Below are positions 21,090 to 29,855 of a stretch of DNA of 36,113 bases, one piece after another. Position 1 is the stretch's first letter, and the number at the start of each line of letters is the position of its first letter. This DNA comes from an uncultured Opitutales bacterium (lineage in GTDB: Bacteria; Verrucomicrobiota; Verrucomicrobiia; Opitutales; JABJCN01): the NCBI GenBank assembly GCA_964432425.1, contig CAYSOI010000005.1, positions 1 through 36,113 of the forward strand. The letters are read 5' to 3'. Below the pieces are notes generated by a model. It did not search any database, had not been told where the DNA came from, and saw only the letters and a list, made by a program, of their open reading frames with translations. A program made the translations under genes and the position numbers.

Positions 21090-21224
21090 ACTGCACTTTG
21101 TGTTCGGTTTGATAAGTAACCTTCTTGATCACCACAATCCTGCGTGAAATGTGAAGGCATTTGAGTTGATTCTCTTGCCAAGATCAGCACCTTGCTGCGT
21201 TTCTTTCTCTCGAACTTACTGACG

Positions 21225-22520
21225 ATGTTATTGCTGAACGGACCATTTCAAAACCTCCAATCCACCCTTGACGAATATTTTGGCAAATCGGGAGATCCTG
21301 CCGAAGTCCGAAACACTGTGGCTGGAGTTCTTCAGGACATTGAGGCTCGGGGCGATGCCGCCGTGCTGGAATATACGAAGAAATTTGATCAAGCTGATAT
21401 ATCCGCAGACCAGTTGAAAGTCTCGACTGAGGAGTTAGAAGCCTCGGTGGCTGCATTGTCTGTAGAGCAACGAGCGGCAATTGAAGAATCGATCGTCAAT
21501 GTTCGTCAATTTCATGAGAAGACGGTCCCGGAGTCCTGGTCGGCCGCGAATCCTCATGGAGCCATGGTCGGGGAGAAGTATTATCCGATTGAGCGGGTGG
21601 GTTGCTATGTCCCCGGTGGGCAAGTTCCGCTGGTGTCAACGGTCATCATGACATGTGTGATTGGCAAGTTGGCGGGAGTGAAGGAAATGGCGGCCACAAC
21701 TCCTCCTGGAGCGGATGGAAAGGTGGCTTCTGAACTGTTGGCGACCTTTCACTTGTGTGGAGTGGATGAAGTTTACCGTGTTGGGGGAGTGCAGGCGATT
21801 GGGGCATTGTCCTTCGGAACGGAAACCATTCCCGCCGTGGACAAAGTCTTTGGGCCGGGCAATGCGTATGTGATGGAGGCCAAGCGGCAGGTTTTTGGAC
21901 AAGTTGGGGTGGACTTGTTACCGGGGCCGAGTGAAGTAATGATCATTACGGATGCTTCGGCGGACCCCCGTTTTGTGGCGGCAGATCTTTTGGCTCAGGC
22001 AGAACATGGCTCCGGCAAGGAAAGAATCTTTCTGGCCATCCGTGAAGAGAGCCAATTGGCTGCCATTGAGGCTGCGATTCAGGAACAAGCTGCCAAGCTC
22101 ACTCATGGTGATGCCATTGCCAGGATTCTGGAGAAGAACTTTGTCGTGCTGGTTTGCAGAGAATGGGAAGAAGCGGTGGAAGCGGCCAACTGCATTGCTC
22201 CTGAGCATTTGGAGCTTCATGTTGTGCCGGAGCAAATTGATGCACTGACCGAACAGATTACTACTGCGGGCTCCATCCTGCAGGGTTCCCTGAGTCCTAC
22301 GGTTCTTGGAGATTTCACCGCGGGTCCAAGCCATACTTTGCCAACCGGTTTTTCAGGCCGTGCATTCAGTGGACTGCGCCTGACCGATTTCCTACGTCGA
22401 ACCAGCATTGTTCGCTATGATGCAGAAAGCTTGCAGAAAGCACGTTCCACCGTGGCTCAATTCAGTTCCATGGAGCAATTGGATGCTCACGGGAATTCCC
22501 TCGAAATTCGTTTCACATGA
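21225..22520 (+). CDS. hisD: Histidinol dehydrogenase
   Basis: Motifs ARGD.A..EYT.KFD, GGVQAI.AL.FGTE.I..VDK..GPGN.YV..AK, AQAEHG and GD...GP.H.LPT. The ORF track starts at TTG 21192. ATG 21225 gives an N-terminus of the usual length. Confidence 0.93.
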   Translation: MLLLNGPFQNLQSTLDEYFGKSGDPAEVRNTVAGVLQDIEARGDAAVLEYTKKFDQADISADQLKVSTEELEASVAALSVEQRAAIEESIVNVRQFHEKTVPESWSAANPHGAMVGEKYYPIERVGCYVPGGQVPLVSTVIMTCVIGKLAGVKEMAATTPPGADGKVASELLATFHLCGVDEVYRVGGVQAIGALSFGTETIPAVDKVFGPGNAYVMEAKRQVFGQVGVDLLPGPSEVMIITDASADPRFVAADLLAQAEHGSGKERIFLAIREESQLAAIEAAIQEQAAKLTHGDAIARILEKNFVVLVCREWEEAVEAANCIAPEHLELHVVPEQIDALTEQITTAGSILQGSLSPTVLGDFTAGPSHTLPTGFSGRAFSGLRLTDFLRRTSIVRYDAESLQKARSTVAQFSSMEQLDAHGNSLEIRFT

Positions 22521-23614
22521 GTGATTCTGTTGAGACTGAGATACCTTTGCTTCCGCACATTCGGGAGCACCAGGGGTATGTGCCGGGGGAGCAGCCGGAC
22601 ACGACGGGGTGGATTAAACTCAACACCAATGAGAATCCTTACCCGCCAAGTCCCAAGGTGAGGGAGGCGATTTCTGAGCAGGTTGATGGTTTACGGCTGT
22701 ATTCCAGTCCAGACGGGAAGGCGTTTCGGGAATCTTTGGCCCGCTACCATGGGATTGAGGCCAACCAGGTTGTACTGGGAAATGGCTCGGACGATGTGCT
22801 CAATGTGCTGGTTCGCAGTTTTGTTGGTCCTGGAAGGGCACGTTTGGGAACCTTGATGCCGCAGTATTCTCTTTATCCAGTCCTTTCCAGTCTTCAGGGT
22901 GGGGAATTGACTGTTATTGATTTTACAGAGGATTTTGCTTTGCCAGTAGAGGAGATCTGTCGCCTGCAGGTTCCCATTTTCTTTTTAACCTCTCCCAATG
23001 CTCCCACCGGAGTCGGGTTTTCCAATAAAGATATCCGTGCCATTCTGGAAGGGTTTTCCGGGCTGCTGGTAGTGGATGAGGCCTACGCCGACTTTGCAGA
23101 GGAAAATGCGGTCGAATTACTTGCCGAGTACACCAATCTTTTCATTACCCGTACATTTTCCAAATCCTATTCTCTTGCGGGGTTACGGGTTGGATACGGT
23201 CTGGGAAATCCGGATTTGATCCAAGTGCTGCATGGAGTAAGGGATGTTTACAATCTGGATCGCCTGGCTCAGGCTGGAGGACAAGCTGCCCTCGAAGATC
23301 GGCAATGGTTTGAGCATTGTCTCCATTCGGTGCTCAGGACGCGGAAGAATTTTGTCGCAGACTTGGATGCACGTGGATGGTTCACTTATCCCAGCCAGGC
23401 GAACTTTGTTTTCACCGAACCCAAAAACGCCAAAGGTGAAACCGGGGCGGAGGTGGCGGCTGCTTTGTTTGACTTCCTCAAATCAAAAAAGATTCTTTTG
23501 CGGTATTTTCCAAAACATCCTTTGACGGATCGCTTCCTGAGGATCACCATAGGAACAGACTCTGAAATGCAAATTTTGAATAAGGCAATGGATCAATGGC
23601 TGACGAACGAGTAG
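22517..23614 (+). CDS. hisC: Histidinol-phosphate aminotransferase
   Basis: 365-aa [39 protein letters not shown] (PLP lysine context). ATGA overlap with the hisD stop. Confidence 0.95.
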   Translation: MSDSVETEIPLLPHIREHQGYVPGEQPDTTGWIKLNTNENPYPPSPKVREAISEQVDGLRLYSSPDGKAFRESLARYHGIEANQVVLGNGSDDVLNVLVRSFVGPGRARLGTLMPQYSLYPVLSSLQGGELTVIDFTEDFALPVEEICRLQVPIFFLTSPNAPTGVGFSNKDIRAILEGFSGLLVVDEAYADFAEENAVELLAEYTNLFITRTFSKSYSLAGLRVGYGLGNPDLIQVLHGVRDVYNLDRLAQAGGQAALEDRQWFEHCLHSVLRTRKNFVADLDARGWFTYPSQANFVFTEPKNAKGETGAEVAAALFDFLKSKKILLRYFPKHPLTDRFLRITIGTDSEMQILNKAMDQWLTNE

Positions 23615-24195
23615 CAGAAATCGAAAGAGAAACCGCAGAGACGAAAGTTCGTCTGGCGATCAAGATTGATGGGACGGGTGTCGTCCAATCCCGCACGGGG
23701 GTCGCTTTTCTCGACCACATGCTGGAGTTGTTTGCCCGTCATGGATTGTTTGATCTGGATGTGCAGGCGGAGGGCGACATCGAGGTGGATTATCACCATA
23801 CCGTTGAGGATGTGGGCATTGTCTTGGGTCAAGCGGTCAAGGAGGCACTCGGGGATAAACTCGGGATTGAGCGTTATGGTTTTTTCCTTCTCCCCATGGA
23901 TGAGTCTCTGGCCCGTGTGGTACTGGATCTGAGCAATCGTCCGCATATGGTCTACCGTGTCAACGTGAGCAACTACATGATTCGGGATTTTAATATTTGT
24001 CTGGTGCAGGAGTTTTTCCAGGCCTTTACCAATGCCTGTGGATGCAACCTGCACATTGAGCTGGAGTATGGCAGTGAGCCCCACCACGTAGCCGAGGCCA
24101 TTTTCAAGGCTTTTGCCCGTGCGTTGGATCGTGCCACCCGGATTGATCCCCGCCAGGATGGCCAACTTCCATCGACCAAAGGTTTGTTGACCTGA
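23596..24195 (+). CDS. hisB: Imidazoleglycerol-phosphate dehydratase
   Basis: 199-aa ORF, RET.ETKV.L.I..DG.G.....[44 protein letters not shown]. Overlaps the hisC end by 19 nt. Confidence 0.96.
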   Translation: MADERVAEIERETAETKVRLAIKIDGTGVVQSRTGVAFLDHMLELFARHGLFDLDVQAEGDIEVDYHHTVEDVGIVLGQAVKEALGDKLGIERYGFFLLPMDESLARVVLDLSNRPHMVYRVNVSNYMIRDFNICLVQEFFQAFTNACGCNLHIELEYGSEPHHVAEAIFKAFARALDRATRIDPRQDGQLPSTKGLLT

Positions 24196-24206
24196 TTTTT
24201 TCGACC

Positions 24207-24833
24207 ATGGCCCGTATTGCAATCATTGATCCCGGGATGGGGAATCTGCGAAGTGTGGAACGTGCTTTTGTCCATTGCGGAGCGGAGGTAAACATTATCA
24301 CCGTGCCCACAGAAGCTGCGGAATGTGACGCTCTCGTCTTTCCCGGACAAGGTGCCATCATGGAATGTATGAATCATTTGAAAAAAACGTGTTTTGATCA
24401 ATTGATTCGGGATTGGATCGATATCGATCGGCCTTTTTTCGGCATATGTCTGGGTTTACAGGCTTTGTTTGAGCATTCGGATGAAGGCGATACTCCAGGC
24501 CTTGGCGTATTTCCCGGCAATGTTCGCCGCTTTTTTCTACCCAGGGAATACAAGATTCCGCACATGGGCTGGAATGATGCGGAGTTTGTGGAAGGTGCCC
24601 GGTTAACGGAGGGGTTGGGCAAGAGTGAACAGTATTACTTTGTGCACAGTTATTTCGTGGATCAGCCCAATCCGGATTTGGATTGGCTTCGCAGTGAGTA
24701 CGGCGGTCAGTCGTTCACCAGCGGAATTGCCCGCGGCAATTGCTTCGCCACACAGTTTCACCCCGAGAAAAGTCAGGCCAAGGGGCTGCAGTTGTACGAG
24801 AATTTCCTCAAGCTGGTCGAGGCTCAGGCTTGA
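24207..24833 (+). CDS. hisH: Imidazole glycerol phosphate synthase, glutamine amidotransferase subunit
   Basis: 208-aa ORF, IAIID.GMGNLRSV..A, PGQGA, GICLGLQ.LFE.S.E, IPHMGWN, YFVHSY, ATQFHPEKSQ..GL.L..NF. Confidence 0.95.
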   Translation: MARIAIIDPGMGNLRSVERAFVHCGAEVNIITVPTEAAECDALVFPGQGAIMECMNHLKKTCFDQLIRDWIDIDRPFFGICLGLQALFEHSDEGDTPGLGVFPGNVRRFFLPREYKIPHMGWNDAEFVEGARLTEGLGKSEQYYFVHSYFVDQPNPDLDWLRSEYGGQSFTSGIARGNCFATQFHPEKSQAKGLQLYENFLKLVEAQA

Positions 24834-25615
24834 TTCTTTTCCGTTGAGCTGTCGGATTCTTTACTTTTCGCCTCGTGGTGCATTTCGGGGTGGCCGATGA
24901 ATTCCTCCATCTTCAGGCCTGTCAATTGGTGTACTCCTTTGATCAGGCGGTAGAGGATGAAGATCATGATGGTCATGCTGGGGACCAGGATGATGATGTA
25001 GCTCCAGAAGGTCATTTTTCCCATTTCCTGGGTGAAGGCTTCTGTCCCGGTCTCGGATTGGATGAAGACTTTGGCCAGGACAAAGTTGAGGATGGCGGAG
25101 AGGAAGAAGGAGAAGGCGAGGAGGTAGGTGCAGTGGACCAGGAGTTTGTCGAAGGCGGAAGTGTTGCCGCGTTCATGGAGGATGGCGTCCACTTTGTGAG
25201 TCTGCATGACCTGATCATTGTAGATGAAGAGTCGTACCAGAGGTTTGTGGGAGGCGAGGGAGACGACTACGGCGATGCCAAAGAGGGCAGGGATGGCGGC
25301 TTCTTTCCAGGCAATCCATTCTTTGGGTACTTCGAAGAGGGTCATGAGCCCGGTGAGCAACACGCTACAAAACCCGAGAATGGAGAAGAAGTTGTATTTT
25401 TTTCGTGCGAAAAAGTCGTAGATTCCGTAGCCGACAGGAAAGAGTAGGGCGATCATCATGGCGGTTACGCCGGGCTTCATGCTGATGGTTTCAGCAAATT
25501 GTTGAACTTGCTCCATTTTGGGGCCTTTGGACATGATCAGTGTCGGCACCAGAACGTTGAGCCCGATGTTTAAAAGTGCATTTTCTTGTTGTGGAGGAGG
25601 TTTGGCGTTTTCCAT
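24824..25615 (-). CDS. Inner-membrane protein, VC0807 / intracellular-septation-protein-A-like family (assignment tentative)
   Basis: The ORF-track entry (24824..26128) runs antisense through coaB. The internal ATG at 25615 gives a 263-aa multi-TM protein (MENAKPPPQQENALLNIGLNVLVPTLIM...GYGIYDFFARKKYNFFSILGF...) that resembles VC0807-family proteins as I recall them. Its stop overlaps the hisH end by 10 nt (convergent). Confidence 0.7.
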   Translation of the reverse strand: MENAKPPPQQENALLNIGLNVLVPTLIMSKGPKMEQVQQFAETISMKPGVTAMMIALLFPVGYGIYDFFARKKYNFFSILGFCSVLLTGLMTLFEVPKEWIAWKEAAIPALFGIAVVVSLASHKPLVRLFIYNDQVMQTHKVDAILHERGNTSAFDKLLVHCTYLLAFSFFLSAILNFVLAKVFIQSETGTEAFTQEMGKMTFWSYIIILVPSMTIMIFILYRLIKGVHQLTGLKMEEFIGHPEMHHEAKSKESDSSTEKNQA

Positions 25616-25664
25616 GCTAAGCGAAATTCGAATTATAGTGGCGGGGAATGTTGCGTAGCGATCC

Positions 25665-26309
25665 ATGAATGCAAGAAAGAAGAAAGTTTTAATTACGGCA
25701 GGGCCTACACGGGAGTGGCTGGACCCGGTGCGTTTTATTTCGAATCCGTCTTCAGGACGAATGGGATATGCGGTGGCAGAAGCTGCGTTGCAGGCTGGGT
25801 ATGCGGTGGACTTGGTGAGTGGTCCGGTCCGTTTGTCTGCTCCCGAGGGAGTGCAACTGCATTCGGTGGAGACTGCTTTGGAGATGTATGATGTGGTGGA
25901 GGAATTGTTTGAGGGATGCGACTGCTTTATTTCGGTAGCGGCTGTCAGTGATTGGCGTCCCGCTGAGGTGCATTCGCAGAAGGTGAAGAAAGGGGAGGAG
26001 CGGCAAGTATTGGAGATGGTGGCCAATCCAGATATTTTGCGGACGATGGCGGCGAGGAAGTCTGCGGAACAAGTGGTAGTCGGGTTTTGTGCAGAAACGG
26101 AAAATCTGGAAGACAATGCCCGTACCAAATTGGTGAGTAAGGATTTGGATTGGATTGCCGGGAATCTTGTCGGGCAGGGGAGTGAAGGTGGTTTTGAAAG
26201 TATGGAGAATCAGTTGTTGCTGCTTGGAAAAGATGGGCAGCGGGAGATTCTGGGGCCGGGGCTGAAGTCACGGCTGGCAGTGGAGCTGATTTCCAGAGTC
26301 CTTTCTTGA
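25665..26309 (+). CDS. coaB: Phosphopantothenate-cysteine ligase (standalone CoaB domain, no CoaC half)
   Basis: 214-aa ORF collinear with the C-terminal half of bifunctional Dfp/CoaBC: KKVLITAGPTREWLDPVRFISN.SSG.MG.A.A.A....G..V.LVSGPV, AAVSDWRP, KVKK, NPDIL, VGF.AET.N. Confidence 0.9.
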   Translation: MNARKKKVLITAGPTREWLDPVRFISNPSSGRMGYAVAEAALQAGYAVDLVSGPVRLSAPEGVQLHSVETALEMYDVVEELFEGCDCFISVAAVSDWRPAEVHSQKVKKGEERQVLEMVANPDILRTMAARKSAEQVVVGFCAETENLEDNARTKLVSKDLDWIAGNLVGQGSEGGFESMENQLLLLGKDGQREILGPGLKSRLAVELISRVLS

Positions 26310-26343
26310 ATTGCGTTCTGAACCTCTCAAACTTGTCGACTCT

Positions 26344-27546
26344 ATGGCAAAAAAGAAAAGTCCACTTGATCGGATACTTGGCAATCTGGAGGATCTGGAT
26401 GCAACCAATCTCTCTCATGCAGTTCAGCGGCTGATGAGGGAGCGGCGTTTGCTCGAAACGGTGATCAATACGTGCAAGGATGGCATCCTGGTGGTCGATG
26501 AAAGTGGGATCATCCAGTATGCCAATGCCCAGGGAGCCCAGTTGATTGGGTTGAAGGAGGAGAATGTGGGGACGGAAATCCTGTGGAAACTGGTGCCGGA
26601 ATTGCGGAAAAGTTTGGAGGGGTCGACTTTTCAAGAGGATGAGGAAGGGGCATTTCTATCCCGAGAGCTGGAGATGAGTTATCCGGAGGAGCGATTGGTG
26701 CGTTTGTACATGGTGCCGCTGCAGGAAGGGATCGGGGTTTCCCGTTTGAGAAATCTGGTGATCATCTTGAGTGACATCACGCAGGAGCGGCTTTCCACCG
26801 AGCAGCTTATTGAAAGTGAGAAGGTCAATTCCGTATTGATGCTGGCTTCCGGAGTGGCGCATGAACTGGGCAATCCCCTCAATTCTTTAACCATCCACTT
26901 GCAGTTGATGGAGAGAAATTTGAAGAAGCTTTCCGAGGTGGAAGGTTTGGAGAAGCTCGATACCTCTGTGGGGGTTTGTCTTCGAGAGGTCGAACGATTG
27001 GACGGCATCATCACGCATTTCCTGGAAGCGGTGGAGCCGAAAGCCCCCGATTTTAGGGAACTCAATTTGATGATGGTGGTTCGGGAGGTCATGGATCTAC
27101 AGGGAGTGGAGTTCGAGAACCGAAACCTGACTGTGGAGATCGACTTCATGGAGAAAAACCCGATCATTCAAGCGGATGGAGACCAGGTGAAACAGGTGCT
27201 TTTCAATCTTCTCAAGAATAGCTTGGAAGCGATGCAGAAAGGGGAGCGGCTCAAGATTCTTTGCCGTGGGGATGATGACAACATTTACCTCCAACTGGCT
27301 GACACCGGAGAAGGGATTGCGGAGGAGGACATTTCCAAAGTGTTTCTACCGTATTATTCCACCAAGGATAAAGGCCATGGGCTGGGCATGATGATTGTGC
27401 AGCGGATCATGCGGGAACATGGTGGCCGTATCGGCATCGACAGTAAGCCGGGAATGGGCACAGTGGTCACTCTACAGTTTCCTCGAAAATATCGACGAGT
27501 TCGCTTGCTGGAAAATAATACATCCACAGAGTCCACCGCTGAATAA
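26344..27546 (+). CDS. Soluble PAS-domain sensor histidine kinase (NtrB/AtoS-like)
   Basis: PAS-like N-terminus (LLETVINTCKDGILVVDESGIIQYANAQGAQLIG), H-box SGVAHELGNPLNSL, N-box LLKNSLEAM, G1 DTGEGI, G2 GHGLGM. No hydrophobic TM stretch is visible. ATG 26344 is preferred over TTG 26311. Confidence 0.9.
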   Translation: MAKKKSPLDRILGNLEDLDATNLSHAVQRLMRERRLLETVINTCKDGILVVDESGIIQYANAQGAQLIGLKEENVGTEILWKLVPELRKSLEGSTFQEDEEGAFLSRELEMSYPEERLVRLYMVPLQEGIGVSRLRNLVIILSDITQERLSTEQLIESEKVNSVLMLASGVAHELGNPLNSLTIHLQLMERNLKKLSEVEGLEKLDTSVGVCLREVERLDGIITHFLEAVEPKAPDFRELNLMMVVREVMDLQGVEFENRNLTVEIDFMEKNPIIQADGDQVKQVLFNLLKNSLEAMQKGERLKILCRGDDDNIYLQLADTGEGIAEEDISKVFLPYYSTKDKGHGLGMMIVQRIMREHGGRIGIDSKPGMGTVVTLQFPRKYRRVRLLENNTSTESTAE

Positions 27547-27567
27547 ATTTGAAGTAAATTTCTACTG

Positions 27568-28980
27568 ATGCCTGCAACCATTCTGATCGTTGACGATGAA
27601 CGCCACACCCGAGAGGGCCTGGAGTTGGCTTTGGAAGATGAATATGACGTCTACCTGGCGGAAAATCCTGAGGAAGCGTTTCGGCTTTTGGATGAGGAAA
27701 AGTTTGATGTGGTGATTACCGACCTGAAAATGGCCGGGAAGTCAGGCATGACCGTGATCGATTACGCCATTCGGCAGAGTTACAAACCGATCTGCATCAT
27801 GATGACTGCCTACGGCACGATTCAACTGGCCGTGGAAGCGATGAAGCGTGGGGCTTATCATTTTCTCATCAAGCCTTTGAATCTGGAGGAGCTGGAACTG
27901 ATCATTGCCAGAGCTCTTAAAGAACGTCACTTGCGGAAGGAAAATACAGAACTTCATCAACGGTTGGATAAAAAGTTTAGCTTCAATGGCATCATCGGGC
28001 AGTCCAAAAGCCTGACGACGGTTCTCGAACGGGTGAAATTGGTGGGGCCGGCGACGACCACTGTCTTGCTCCAGGGAGAAACCGGTACGGGGAAGGAACT
28101 CTTTGCTCAGGCACTGCATCAAAACAGTCCTCGGGCCAGAAAGCCATTCGTGGCCGTGCATTGTGCAGCTCTGCCGGCCAACCTGCTGGAAAGTGAACTC
28201 TTCGGACATGAGAAGGGTGCCTTTACCGGAGCCTCCGATAAGCGAATTGGGAGATTTGAAGCGGCGAAAGGGGGAACTTTGTTTTTGGACGAGATCGGGG
28301 AAATTGATGCATCAACTCAGGTCAAGCTGCTGCGGTTTCTGGAAACCAAGACCTTTGAACGAGTTGGAAGCATTGAGCCGATTGAAGTGGATGTACGGCT
28401 GGTTTGTGCAACCAACCGGGACCTGCAAGCCATGTCGAAAAGCGGGGAATTCCGTGAGGATCTTTATTATCGTCTGGATGTTGTAAAAATTGAACTTCCT
28501 CCGCTTCGGGACAGGATCGAAGATATCCCTCTTTTGCTGGATCATTTTCTACATCATTTTGCGGAGGAGAACCATTTTCAGCCTGTGCAACTTTCTCCCA
28601 AAGCCATGTCCATTCTTCAGGCTTATCCCTGGCCCGGAAACATCCGGGAATTGAGAAACTTTTGTGAGAACCTTATTGTTCTCAAACAGGGTGGCGTGGT
28701 CAATGAGTACGACTTGGACCCGCGTTTTCTGCATCCAGCCCCGATTCCCAAACCGGAGAATACCCATGCGGATTTGTCTACCTCTGCTCCGGAAACTCCA
28801 CTCTACACGCCACCTTCCGGAACGGCCTCTCTCTCCAAGGAAGAAAACGAAAAGCGACTCCTTAGGAATGCTCTGGTACAAGCCAAAGGCAATCGTACGG
28901 AAGCCTCCCGTTTGTTGGGAATCAGCCGTAGAACCCTGCATCGTAAACTTATCAAATGGCCGGAACTCGACACCAAATGA
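27568..28980 (+). CDS. Sigma54-dependent response regulator / bacterial enhancer-binding protein (NtrC family)
   Basis: REC domain (ILIVDDE...[10 protein letters not shown]), AAA+ Walker A GETGTGKE, the sigma54-contact loop [15 protein letters not shown], and a C-terminal Fis-type HTH ([20 protein letters not shown]). Confidence 0.94.
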   Translation: MPATILIVDDERHTREGLELALEDEYDVYLAENPEEAFRLLDEEKFDVVITDLKMAGKSGMTVIDYAIRQSYKPICIMMTAYGTIQLAVEAMKRGAYHFLIKPLNLEELELIIARALKERHLRKENTELHQRLDKKFSFNGIIGQSKSLTTVLERVKLVGPATTTVLLQGETGTGKELFAQALHQNSPRARKPFVAVHCAALPANLLESELFGHEKGAFTGASDKRIGRFEAAKGGTLFLDEIGEIDASTQVKLLRFLETKTFERVGSIEPIEVDVRLVCATNRDLQAMSKSGEFREDLYYRLDVVKIELPPLRDRIEDIPLLLDHFLHHFAEENHFQPVQLSPKAMSILQAYPWPGNIRELRNFCENLIVLKQGGVVNEYDLDPRFLHPAPIPKPENTHADLSTSAPETPLYTPPSGTASLSKEENEKRLLRNALVQAKGNRTEASRLLGISRRTLHRKLIKWPELDTK

Positions 28981-29855
28981 AACCTTTCCTTATCGCAATC
29001 GTCGGCTGGCTCTCGGCGATTCTTCCTGCTGTTGCCCAAACCTTAACTTTGTCAGGTACGGACTTTTTTAAAGGGGACATTGCCAAAAGTATGGAAGCCG
29101 CAGGGGCTTCTCATGGTCTGAAAGCTACCTGGAGTGGTTCTTTTCAAGCATTGCAGGCCTTACGAAGTGGCAAAGTGGACTTGGCTGTGTTGACCAGCCC
29201 GTCTCCAGAAGAATTGCCCGATGTGCCGGGCATGCGAAGGATGCCGATTGCCTATCGTTTGTGTCGTGTGGTGGTGGCGAAAGACAATCCGGTCAACTCC
29301 ATCTCGTACAAGCAGTTGAGAGCGATTTATGGAAGTCGGGCTAGCCAGAGGCTGGAGAATTGGAAAGATGTACTGGGAACCAATACCGGCACTTCCGGTT
29401 GGGCCAACCGTGCCATTGAGCCCATGATTCCCATCGCCTACACTTCGTTTTCCCGGGAAATCTTTTTGCACAACGCATTGCGGGATGACCGTCTGCACCC
29501 CTCGGTGAAAGTGTTTTCCAATGAAAAGGCTTTGCAAAATGCGTTTGCGGCCAATTCCGGAGCCATTGCCATTTTGAGTGGCTTGGCCGTGGAGGAGTTT
29601 TCCAAACCGATTCCTGTCTCCAAAGAAGATGGCCAGTCCTTTACCGCCACACCGGAAAACCTGTATTTTGGGGACTACCCGCTGTATATGCCTTTTTCCC
29701 TCTACTTTCCTGAGATTCGGACCAAGGAACTTTTGCCGCTGATCGAGGCGTTTTATTCGCAGGAAGTTTCCCAAGCCATCTTTCAAAATGGTTTGGCCCC
29801 GGTCCCCGATGCCTTTCGTACTGCCGAGATCAACCGCCTCAAGCAGGGTTTTTAG
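28977..29855 (+). CDS. Secreted PstS-like (PBP_like_2) periplasmic substrate-binding protein, orphan
   Basis: ATG 28977 overlaps the EBP stop (ATGA). Signal peptide [21 protein letters not shown]. Type-2 binding-protein pattern: LTLSG..., SG...AL.AL..GKVDLA, VVVAKDNPVNSISY.QLR.IY, W, YPLYMPFSLYF. No permease or ATPase genes are adjacent. Confidence 0.8.
   Translation: MKPFLIAIVGWLSAILPAVAQTLTLSGTDFFKGDIAKSMEAAGASHGLKATWSGSFQALQALRSGKVDLAVLTSPSPEELPDVPGMRRMPIAYRLCRVVVAKDNPVNSISYKQLRAIYGSRASQRLENWKDVLGTNTGTSGWANRAIEPMIPIAYTSFSREIFLHNALRDDRLHPSVKVFSNEKALQNAFAANSGAIAILSGLAVEEFSKPIPVSKEDGQSFTATPENLYFGDYPLYMPFSLYFPEIRTKELLPLIEAFYSQEVSQAIFQNGLAPVPDAFRTAEINRLKQGF

Noticed and set aside
21090-21224. 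Possible his attenuator or leader peptide upstream of hisD. A T-box upstream of cysS/thrS was also considered.
   Set aside because: There is no run of His codons or short leader ORF, no terminator/antiterminator pair, and no T-box-like conserved box. The thrS upstream gap is only 16 nt.
24875-25447. 190-aa plus-strand ORF rich in Asp, Glu and Gly.
   Set aside because: It is antisense to the multi-TM VC0807-like gene. Reverse-complemented hydrophobic codons (e.g. Leu CTC, Ile ATC, Phe TTC, Pro CCC) read as Glu, Asp and Gly codons, which accounts for its D/E/G richness. It has no independent start context.
25625-25634. Perfect 10-bp palindromes AATTCGAATT (25625-25634, divergent promoter region) and ATTTGCAAAT (13828-13837, just before the map start) as possible operators.
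   Set aside because: A perfect 10-bp palindrome is expected about once per 1 kb by chance, so roughly 35 are expected in this window. Neither has a second copy or other supporting context.
25616-26128. N-terminal 171 codons of the 434-aa minus-strand ORF (24824..26128).
   Set aside because: This part is antisense to coaB, which has clear Dfp/CoaB homology, and it is Ser/Thr/Ala-rich with no features. The membrane protein begins plausibly at the internal ATG 25615 (MENAKPPP...).
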